A DNA stretch of 64,000 nucleotides. It comes from Macrostomum lignano (Eukaryota). The position numbers were made by a program, and so were the translations under genes. Under the pieces are notes generated by a model. The model was not told the origin of the DNA. It ran no database searches and saw only the letters and a program-made list of their open reading frames with translations. This document shows positions 28,665 through 39,800 of this stretch, in pieces. Where the stretch lies: assembly GCA_002269645.1 (NCBI GenBank), contig NIVC01003777.1, positions 13,257-77,256 of the forward strand. The letters run 5' to 3'. Each line of letters starts with the position of its first letter. Positions within the stretch are counted from its first letter, which is position 1.

Positions 28665-30666
28665 TCTGTGGACGAAAAAAAATTGATCATACAATTAAAT
28701 TCCTATAGCCAAAAGCTAGCACTCTTTCCCTATACTAAATGTACTGATCGACTACGAATTTTCAGACACTTTAGAAAGCCTGATACACTGAAAAGATCCG
28801 ATGTGCATTGCTGACTTACTCTGTTGCTATCAATGTCCTTAGTTATGACCCATTTTTTGCCATCAAGCTCCACATAAAGCAGGTGGATAAGATTAACAAA
28901 AAATTTGCTTAAAACTTAATTGAACTCAAGGCCTCTCTGATATAAAACTCACACGAGAGTCGCCTGAGAGGTTTGAAGAATAATTGATTAGTTTGCAGAC
29001 AGCTACATGCTGGTTTCATCTTCAGCAAGACTGAGGAAAGGCGTATCCGCAGTCTGCTGCTCCTTTTGATGCTCTGATACCCGGCCTAATAATCTACGAG
29101 CTAAGCTATAACTTGTGCTGCTTGTACAGTATTGATGGTCCAGGATACCAGACATGTGCAACGCTGCAGTTTACTTACATGTACGCTTCAGTGGTGCTTT
29201 TTTCAGCTCCCGAGGGCTGTCGAGAATTGTCGAAATACCTGAACACGAACTGTCTGTATACAAGCGATGTCTGCGTATTTAAGCAAGAAGTTTCTTAAAA
29301 TATAGCCAGAGACGCTGATTAGAGTCCCAGGGCGTGTTTTAATACGGACTGCCGTTCCGATCTGCAAGCAGGAACAAGTCACGCGATATCAAGTCCAGAC
29401 AGATAAAAAAGCGCAAGCAGACAGCTAGTCAGACTTGAGTTGAAATTACAACTGCCCGATTAAACGTTTAAAAAGCGTTTATATTGCTTTGTGCAGGTAC
29501 GAGTACACTTGCACTAATGAGTGATCGCTAGCTCTCGGTCAGGTAGGGCCCGGCACTCTGATTCCTTTGGTCCAGGTGCCTGCGCTAACACCCCCTCCCC
29601 AGTCGTCTCAGCCCCCTCCAGTTATGCGCGCCAAAGTCTAACCAAGGACCACTAGAAGTTACCGTTGCATCAGGACGTAAGACTCGCAAATAGATAAGTT
29701 TCTCAATGCGTTTACATAGGCCCGTATGTTCACTCACTTCACTCACTAGGCCCACGGCTTTTCCACGAAAATTTCTGCGGCAGTGTTCTGTTAACCCATA
29801 CTACTATTAGAAGTTAAATAAATAGTATAGCGTAGGCTAGCGTATATAGCATAGAGTAAGATAACTCTGACAGTTAATGCTTATAAAACAATATATTGAT
29901 TAAACTACTTTTCTGTTTCTGTTAAATTATTAGTTAGAAACTCTGGTCTGGCACATTTTTGCATGCTTTGTTGAATTAGTAATAGTATGTCTACATAAAA
30001 TCATAGCAAGTTTTAAGCGAGTTTGCAAGTTTAAGCGAGTTAAGCCTGATTGGTTGCCCTCTCTACCCCGTCTCTAGGCTTGCGCCTTGTCGTGTTTTGG
30101 TGTTTCTTAGCCAATCATAGATACAGCCAATTGTTGCCGAGTTCGAGACCCTTACAGAACTCTCTTCCTCTATTCATGCACATCGATTCCCATGTGCTTC
30201 AGCGAGTTAACTTCAAGCTGCATCAGCTCTATAAAGCTTTTAACTCGTAATTTCTGGCATCCTGGTATACTCGTATCTGGCAATTGAGAGAGATGATTCT
30301 TTCATTGGCTTTCGTCCAATTAATAAATGTGAAGCCTTCATAGTTTTTGCAACAAAACTATATCATTCATGCTCATTAAAAATAGTTCTCAAGAAAATCT
30401 AAGAACACAAAGAAAACCACTTGTTAGCCAAAATACCAATTGTATGCTTAATCATACTCGCGCAATGTCGTGTGGCATGACTAACGGGTCCGAAATTATC
30501 TGGAGAGATTAGATAGTTGAGCAGGCATATTTGCTGCCGAATTTTACCAACAGTGCTGATGCTAGCAAATTTAATAAGAAAATAATCACCGACTAATGAA
30601 TACCTGACCCAAGTACTCAAGCAGCCTAAAATCAAGGCCTCAAATAATCTCTAAGTAAATCAATAG

Positions 30667-30954
30667 CAGGCGCGTCGGCGCCAGGGGGGACAGGGGGGAC
30701 ATGCCCCCCAGTAAAAGCTTTGGGGGGGCATGCCAATGCTTTGTCCCCTCCACACCACCTTGTGAGTCGTTGTGGTAAACAATAATTTTTCTTCAAGGCG
30801 CCAAAATATAGCGCTTTCGGCGCCAAAATGAGTGCCTGCGGCGCTAAAATGAGTGCCTGCGGTGCGCTGCCAAAATGAGTGCCAAAATTTAGTTATGTAC
30901 ATGTTGAATTCTTGGCTTTGTCCCCCCAACATAAAATCCATGGCGACGCCCCTG
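30667..30954. mobile_element. hAT-like MITE with 8-bp TSD
   Basis: Termini CAGGCGCGTCG / CGACGCCCCTG; ATCAATAG at 30659-30666 and 30955-30962. Confidence 0.9.
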
Positions 30955-32107
30955 ATCAATAGCATGAAATATTCGTAGCTAACTTGAAAATATCTGATGG
31001 TACGTACATGTGGTGTCTGATAGTATCGAGCCAGCATATGCGGTAAAAACTATGAAAGCACATGACGGCATGTCCTTGATGTCCAATCGCTCCTTCGAGT
31101 TGCAGCTCATGCTTCTGTTGTGCCCGGGTGCACTTGAGCCGATGGGCAATCTTTGACTCTCAGTCAGATGCGCCGGGCAATATACGCTAACCCCTCCCCC
31201 CATTCTGTCTGTCCCGACCTTCCGATTGGCTCCCCCATTATTGCAGCCGCTTACGCGCAACCCCTGGGTCATAAGTCATCTGCGTCACCCAGTGTTACCA
31301 CCAAAAACAGACAGCCAAGCTGTCACTCCTGGGGGTCATACGAGGTATATTGTAGTAAAAGAGCGATTAGACCGCGAGAGATCAGGCCTGAGTGAATGAG
31401 GGACAGTCGAGTGTTAATATCAGTAATCTAAGTTCTAACAACTGCCAACTTATTCCGTCAAGTGGGGTGGTAGAAAGAGCCTGAGCATCATCGTTTTTCA
31501 TTCCGAAAATTCAATTCCGACATTTTTCAATTGTTGGAACTGATTGACTTTTGTCGGAAATGTATGCAAAGTGTCGATTCTGAATCGCAGCTTGTCGAAA
31601 CTGCTTGAACACCGAAGCTGTCACAACCAAAAAGTGTCGGGAATCGGATGCCAGAATATTAAAATTGGTTGCAGCTACTTCAAAACCTCCGCTCCAGTTC
31701 CGAAGCCGGTGTGACCGGACACTGCTCACTGTTCACTCAAAAAAAGCCTTTCAAACGCCAAGCTGATTTCAGGCAAATGGGAATTCTACACGAGGGAAAC
31801 TACTGCAATAGAGAAGCTAAAAACATTGTGGAACAATGACATCTGTGCCAGTCTAAACAGCATAACATTGTTAGTGTGGTATTCAATAAAATGAATATCA
31901 ATTATTGCCAATTAATTGCAGTTAACGCAAACAGCAGCATCAGCAACTCTGCTCTCATTGAAATCGTTAACAGAGACAGATGCGTGGATCCCAGGCTGAT
32001 AAGGCTGTGAATTCAGCTCCTATATGAATGCGAGCGGCAACGCCAACAGCTCTCGAAGGTTCACATTATCACCAATTCTGACTTAATTGCAAAATCAACA
32101 TTGCGAA

Positions 32108-32874
32108 ATGGTAAGTAACCAGTATTTGTAGTTGTTTCATAGTGCCACTTCACGCATCCTGCTTAACACCGAAATTAGCATTGATGGACAGGCTATTCAA
32201 AGCTCCTGTCTGCTAACCTCCACTCGTGATCATCTGTGAGCTGCTACCTGTCTCCCCCGATCCTTAATAGATGCTACCTGTCTCCCCCGATCCTTAATAG
32301 ATGCTACCTGTCTCCCCCGATCCTTAATAGATGCTACCTGTCTCCCCCGATTCTTAATAGATGCTACCTGTCTCCCCCGATCCTTCAGTGAGCCATCGCT
32401 ACCTGTCTCCCCCGATCCTTCAGTGAGCTATCGCTACCTGTCTCCCCCGATCCTTCAGTGAGCCATCGCTACCTGTCTCCCCCGATCCTTCAGTGAGCCA
32501 CTACCCTGTTCACCAAGTGGATGCCTCTGCAACCAAGACCCATCAATGCTAGTTAAGGAAGCCTTATTGAACCCCCGGCCATCCCGCAGCTGAAGCTCGC
32601 CATCCTCGCTTGCCTGCTGGCCGCCGCCGCAGCCTCTAGCTACACGCTGGAGCAGAAGTACGAAGTCTACGACGCTGTGCTGCACGAGGCCCTGCCGGCC
32701 CTGTCGGTTGACTGGAACTGCGTGCTCAGCGCCGGCGCCTCCAGCGCCTCCTGCGTTCTGAGCGCCCTCCTTGGCTGCGGCGTTGGCAGCTCCGACCTCA
32801 GCTCGATTGTCAAGTGCCTAGTGAGCAAGTGCGGCGGCCGTCTGGCCGAGATGCTGGGCTGCATCAGCCTCTGA
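32108..32874 (+). CDS. Small secreted six-cysteine peptide precursor, exons 32108-32110 (ATG only) and 32590-32874 (95 aa)
   Basis: ATG|GTAAGT donor and CCCGCAG acceptor give MLKLAILACLLAAAAASSYTLEQKYEVYDAVLHEALPALSVDWNCVLSAGASSASCVLSALLGCGVGSSDLSSIVKCLVSKCGGRLAEMLGCISL*. Strong GC3 codon bias as in the other genes here. Confidence 0.8.
32242..32487. repeat. 30-34-bp minisatellite (GCTACCTGTCTCCCCCGATCCTTAATAGAT) in the peptide-gene intron
   Basis: About 8 units; reverse-complement relative of the 20.4-22.2 kb array. Confidence 0.9.
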
Positions 32875-33099
32875 GCTGCTACCGGACAGGTGTGGGACAT
32901 TCTCCTGGAAGAGAACTTTTCGCGTTCATTTGAGCCGTTGAGAAATATACGCTATGCAGGCTGTAATCACTTTGAGAGTTAAAATCAATGGCTTCATTTC
33001 TTTTATTTATACCTTTTACTAACATCTCGGTGGAGTGGCTTACCGGTGATTTTCCAGTAATTTTACTCAACAAATGTAGCGCCAAGTTTTTGGGGGGAA

Positions 33100-33440
33100 G
33101 ATTCTTGGCCTAAGATTCTCTAGGGGTGAGATTCTCCGGGAGGAGATTGCATAGAGGTGAGATTTTCTAAGGTAAGATTATCTGTGTGAGATTCTCCGGG
33201 GTGAGATTAACTAGGTGTGAGATTCTCTGAGGTGGGATTATCTGGCTAAGATTGGCTAGGGTTGAGATTCTCTGGGAGTGAGTTTCTCAGGGGTGAGATC
33301 CTCTCAGGATGAGCTTATCTAAGGGTGAGCTTCTCGAAGGATGAGACTCTCTGGGGTGAGATTCTCAGGGGAGAGATTCTCTAGGAATAATTCGGTATGA
33401 GAGTTCCTGGATGAGATTTTTGGTCATGAGGCTCTCATGG
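33100..33440. repeat. Degenerate GTGAGATTCTC-core repeat
   Basis: Many imperfect GAGATTCTC units at roughly 20-bp spacing. Confidence 0.75.
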
Positions 33441-33878
33441 ATGATACATCCATAATGCGTTTTTATGACAAAAATTTTTGATCGGAATTCTTATAGTTGA
33501 GGCAAATCAATTTCGAGCTTAGCAGTACTTAAAGCACTAATGAGTGACGAGTTTCGGACCCAATCGACGATACGTAGCGTAAAAAAACTTTTTAAAGCGG
33601 AGCTACACAGAAAAGTCATTATTAAGCCAGCCAGGATAGCCAGCATTCATACGTAATAAACGGTGCAGTAAAGGCAAATATTTGCTCAGAGAGCCCAGAT
33701 GCAGTTGCTGGGAACTGATATTAACACTCGGCTGTCTCTCATTCACTCAGGCTTAATCTCTCGCGGTCCAATCGCTCTTTTACTACATTATCTATCGCTC
33801 GTATAATCCCCAGGAGTGACAGATTGGCTGTCTGTGCAATCGCACTGACTGAGACCCGAGGTCCATCTGTGAATAGGC

Positions 33879-36800
33879 ATGACAACCCAGCCTCTTTGTA
33901 GCCTCATCTTACCGGCTGCAGCGCTGCTGTCGCTGGCGATGCCGTCCGCCTTAGCGGAGCTGACGCCATCACTTGAGCAGGCGCTGATAACGCGACTTGG
34001 GCTGCTGGGCCAGTCGGCCGGGGACGGAAGCTACTCACCGGCTGTCCGGCCGAAGCCGGACAATGGCTCGGCCAACACCGTCATAGTGCAGGCAATTATG
34101 TCCGCCTTGGCCGCTGTGGTGAGGAGCTGGGCTTGGGATCGGAATTTAAACAGCAAATATTTTAGTGTCCGAAACTCCAACACCGATCTCTAGTGTCCGA
34201 AACTCCAACACCGATCTCTAGTGTCCGAAACTCCAACACCGATATCTAGTGTCCGAAACTCCAACACCGATATCTAGTGTCCGAAACTCCAACACCGATA
34301 TCTAGTGTCCGAAACTCCAACACCGATCTCTAGTGTCCGAAACTCCAACACCGATCTCTAGTGTCCGAAACTCCAACACCGATCTCTAGTGTCCGAAACT
34401 CCAACACCGATATCTAGTGTCCGAAACTCCAACACCGATATCTAGTGTCCGAAACTCCAACACCGATATCTAGTGTCCGAAACTCCAACACCGATATCTA
34501 GTGTCCGAAACTCCAACACCGATATCTAGTGTCCGAAACTCCAACACCGATATCTAGTGTCCGAAACTCCAACACCGATATCTAGTGTCCGGAACTCCAA
34601 CACCGATATCTAGTGTCCGAAATTGCAACACTGATTTCAAGGGTCCAAAGCTAAAAAACTGATCCTTAGTGTCCGTAAACTCCTACACCGATTTCTGGTG
34701 TTCAATAGTCTAACACTGATCTGTAAGTCTAGTGTCCGAAAATTCACCACTGATTTCTAGTGTTTGGAGTCCAAATGTCTAACATTGGTGTCCGAATACT
34801 GACCATTTGCTTTGTATAATGTCTTGTAACTCTAGAAGCAGTCTGCTTGGGTTCAGCAAGTCGCAATTGTTTACCAGACAAATTTTGTTCGGCCTCAAAT
34901 TTAAGACTTCAAATTGGTTACTGGGGAGCCTCATTGTTTCAGGACTCAACAGTGCAGGAGTTGACCTTGCAGGTGTGGCTTACTCTGGTGAGCTAATGAA
35001 TATTCAATTCGCTGCTGCTGCTCCGTATGAAAATTTACTTGAAAATTCAAATCTCAAAACTACAGGTCTGGAACGACAATCGTCTGGCTTGGCGGGGACG
35101 ATTCAACTCCAGCTTTGACAGCATCGGAACCGTGTTTGCACCTGCGGAGCTCGTCTGGCAGCCGGACGTGTCCTTCTTAGACAGGTGGAAATTTTTTCTA
35201 GAGATGCATATCCAATTGTTATGTCTTCTTTTACACCGAAGAAAGACGGAAGATAGTGTTTGAGCGTTTGCGAGCTTATGCCACTCGAGAGCATAGCCGT
35301 TTCAGAAACTTAATATATTTCTTTGGCTCGCGAGCCGTCTCAAGCATTTAATACTGTACCGAGTATCTAGAGTTTCAACCCTAGACACTTTAGAAGCAGA
35401 AAGCAAACGAGGCCGAAGTCTATAAGAAGTCAGAAGTCACGTCACAACATCCCTCTTCCTTTCAATCTTGAGCCTGATACCTCTCCGGCGGTCTTCGCGT
35501 TCGCTGAGGGTATCTGCGATCCGCCATCGGTTGATCCTCAGCACTTGGAGGTTCTCTCACTGTCTCATTCGTTGCCTCGGCTCTGTCCCTGACATGGTCA
35601 CGGTGCACGACCAGATCTCGTCCTTGCTCGTCCCGCACTCGTCTCAACTGTTCGCCGACAGCTTCGCGCAGCACTCCTTCCCTCCACTCCTTGTTAAACG
35701 GATCCTGGACCCAGACTGGGCTGTAGGCTTGGTCAATCCGCTTGTCTTGAAAGGACCGACGGTGCAGCAGTGAGAGTCTCGTGTTGAACTCGCGCCCAAA
35801 CATTTCTCGGCACGGCGCGACTCCGTTGGCTCTTGGACAGACTCGCACCGCGTACAAAGCCTGTTGCATCCGAACCTCCGGATCTGGGTCATTCAGCTGC
35901 TTCAGCTTGGTCTTCAGCTTTTTCACTGCAGCCTCTGCTACGCCATTTGATGCGGGGAGACTTCAGGTGTAACACTCCCATCCGCTTCAGCCAGGCCTCC
36001 GTCTCATGCGCCACAAACTGTCGTCCGTTGTCAGTCACTAGTACATCTGGGATGCCAAAGTTGCAAAATGTTCTGCGGAGTACTCTGATGACCGACGTTG
36101 CATCGATTTCGCGCACCCATTCGGCAGCGATGAATCCCGTCTTGGCGTCTGAAACCACCAGAAAGTTGCTTCCATCCAGTTGTCCCAGGTCAGCGTGCAC
36201 TCGGCACCAAGCCTCCTTTGGTACTGGCCATGGTTTGAGCACCGATTTCTGGGATGGTCTCATGCGCTGGCACGTGTGGCAATCCGAAACGCACTTTTCT
36301 ATCTCTGTCTCCATTAGCGGCCACCAGACATACTGGCGGGCCCACGCCTTCATGGCTTGCATTCCGGGATGGGAACAGTGGAGAAATTGGATGACTTGCG
36401 CTCGGAACTTCACCGGGATGACGATCCGATGGTCCAGTAGCAGTAGATGGTCGCTGCAATTCAGTCTGCACTGTACTCTTCTGTATGAGTCCGGCACGTC
36501 CTCACCAGATCGCAACCTCTGTAGAACGTCTTGGATCTCCTTGTCCTCCTTGGACGCCTGCTCCATCTGATCCTTCGTGACTGGTCCATCTTCTGACAGG
36601 GCGATGTCCACCGCAGCAACTTCGTTAACCGCTTCAGTCGCCGTTTTGTCGCTCCAGTTATTTCCGTCAGTTGGTAGTCTCGACAACGCGTCGGCATGAG
36701 GAATTTCGTGCGTTCTTTTGCCTCTGACTAGGTACTGGTACGTAGCCAGTAACTCAGCCCAGCGCTGAACTCTCTTACTTGCTCTCTCGGGCAGGTCTTT

Positions 36801-39800
36801 GTGTGATGCGAATAAGAATTCTAGAGGCTTGTGATCGGTCACAATCACAAAACTCCGATAAGCTAGGAATCGATTTAGCTTCTTGACGCACCAGACCACT
36901 CCGAGGGCTTCTCGTTCTAGCTGGCTGTATCGCGACTCCGCAGGTGTGAGTTTCTTGGACACAAACGCTACAGGCCTTCCACTCTGCTCCAGCACTCCTC
37001 CAATGCCGTAGGGCGATGCATCTGTAGTCAGAGTTAGCTCCTTACTTGGATCGTACGGCGCTAGCACCTGCCTTGATGTAATGTCCTGCTTCAATTGCAT
37101 CACGGCCTTCGTGTGTTCTTGTTGCCATGTCCAGTTGACATCTTTCTTCAGCAAGTTATACAGAATGGCAGTCTTCGTGGCCACTTGCGGAATGAACGGC
37201 GCATAGAAATTTATCAGTCCCAGAAATGTTCTCAGCTCTTCCTGGTTTCTTGGATCTTCCATGCTTTGTATTGCCGTCACCTTATCCTCGTTCATGCAGC
37301 ATCCCTCCTTTGAGATCTTAAGGGCTAGAAACTCGACCTCTTCCTTGTCGAACTGGCACTTCTTAGCATTCAGTGTGATGTCATTCTCTTGCAGCCTTTT
37401 AAGTATTATTTCCGTCTTCTCGGCTAAATTTTCCCGGTTTTTTCCACAGACTAGAATGTCGTCAATGAACACCACCACTCCGAGGACATCCCGAAGCAAC
37501 TCGCATAGTGTGTTCTGAAACAATCCAGGAGCAGATGACAGTCCGTATGGTAATACCCTGTACCGAAAGTAACCAAAAGGTGTTGCGATAGTAGTGATAT
37601 CCCGTGAGTCCTCGCACAGCTCCAGGTTATGGTATGCATCCTTCAAATCTAGCACAGTGAAACGGCTGCATCCTGAGATGGCTCGTTGCACATCCGCCTT
37701 TGTTGGCATATCGATTGGCGGTAGCCGTAAAAACTGGTTGACCCGTCTATAGTCTCCACACAGCCTGATGTCTCCCGAGCTTTTGGGAACGACCACAATC
37801 GGACTAGCGAACACCGGCTGTTCTACTTTTTCAATTATCTTCCGCTTTTCCAGATCTTCTAATCTTTCCTTAACGGCTGGTACCAGCGAAAATGGGAGTG
37901 GTCGGGCCTTCGATACCACCGGTCTCGTGTTTTCTCGTACTTCCAACTTTACTTGAATTCGCTTATAAGCCAATGAAGCTTGACAACGGCGTTTGGTAAC
38001 TTCGATACCCAAACTACTAAACCAATTTCGGCCAATAACCGGCTTTGCGTTCATGTCCATGACTACCACAGGTAATGAGCACTCACTTTCATCTTCGGTC
38101 TGAACTCGAACATCTGCGGTACCACATACTGGTAGGTCTTGTCCTCCGTATGATGTTAGTCGACAATTTGGGTCTGTCCAATGCAGTCCTAGTTGTTCAG
38201 CCAAAATCTTAGAAATGCAGGTCACTGATGCACCAGAGTCCACCATCATAGCAACGTCCTTATCGTTCAGTTTTACATTGATCCAGACGCTTGATCTGTC
38301 CCGGTCATCGCATAGGCTAAAAAGCTCATTGTCCTTGGCTGGTTCATCCTCCTCCTCGATTCCTGCACACTCTCGCATTGACAACTTTCCTTTAATGGAG
38401 CCAGATGCCATCCTTCCATGTGAGCTAGCTGGCTTGTTAAGCTTACATGCAGCTTCAAATGGTTCATTTTCCCACATTTTCGACATTTTGCTCCAAACGC
38501 AGGGCATGCCTTTGGCGGGTGCCTCTTCATACAGAAATTGCAAGCCTTGCTGAATGTGCGTCCTTGAGCTTGGGCCCTGTTTTGTTGTCGTACTCTGCCC
38601 TTAGTCGCACTGACTGTTTCCACCTTTCCATTAGTGCTTAAGGCACTCTTGCTTACTTGCTCTTGCGCCGTGGCAGTCTCCACCGCCAGCTCCAGGGTCA
38701 GCGGGTCTTTGATAAGCAGCTCTTTCACCACCGACTCACTGCGCAGTCCTGCCACGAATCTGTCTCGCAAAGCTTCTTGTAGGAAATCTCCGAATTGACA
38801 TCGGTCTGCTTGAGCACGTAACCTGTTCTCAAAATCTGCCGCTGATTCGTATTCATCTTGCTTCAGTAAGTTAAACTTGTAGCGCTCAGCTACAACCAGT
38901 TTCTTCTGCGGCACGACATGCTTCTCAATTTCATCCTTCAATTCCTTGAAGGTCTTGTTCTCTGGCTTCGCCGGAGCGACCAGGTTCCGCAGCTTGTCGT
39001 AGGCAGTTTCCCCCATGAGGCTTATGAAGAAGTCGGTCTTGGGCGAAAACCCTTCCTCCTTCTCATCCTTCACGCCGGATCTCCTGCAGACGGCTTCAAA
39101 CCGCTCGATCCAGGCCTCGAATTTGTCCTCTGTCCAGGGAAGCTCCCGCAGGTTCTCTCGAGACAGCGACGCCATTGTCTATAAGAAGTCAGAAGTCACG
39201 TCACAACACCAATCATAGACCAGGAACTTCCAGGAAGTGAAGTGTACATGCCTAACGATAAATAAAGTTAGGGCCGCTGTGCACTCCTGTGTGAGTGTGT
39301 GACTGCGTACGTATCCGCGCGCTTGTATGCCTGCTCAGGGGAGTCGGTGGAATGGGCAGCAATGCCTCTCGCCGGTTGTGCGACAATGTCGCTTAAAGTG
39401 CGCCAGGGTGCACACAGCCCCTTGGCTTTAACTAAACCTAAGAAGACTAAAAGTACATTCACTATCTAAGCCATTTACAGAATAAGGGCTAAATTACAGT
39501 TACTGTCTATGCAGAAGTCTAGAAACTAAAGTACGTTCTCTGTCTCTCCAATCCTGCAAGAGTGATGATGAAATTAAAAGCTTAAAAATCGATGCACAGC
39601 CCCTGCTGAAGCCAGTCAAATAGAATAGTGAAATTTACGTGCCTACAAAATAAAAGTACTTTTGCACTCACTGAGGCCTGCAGCTTGAGCCTTCAGCGGG
39701 TATCGGGCGACCGCGTTCTGCTAAACCTGACCAGCGCAGGCGGCGTGGCGCGCAGCCAGCAGTTCATGGTCCGCTTCAAGTGCCGCTTTGACATGCGCAA

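Noticed and set aside
30979-31272. 97-aa minus-strand ORF next to the left inverted repeat
   Set aside because: No signal peptide or identifiable domain; insufficient support.
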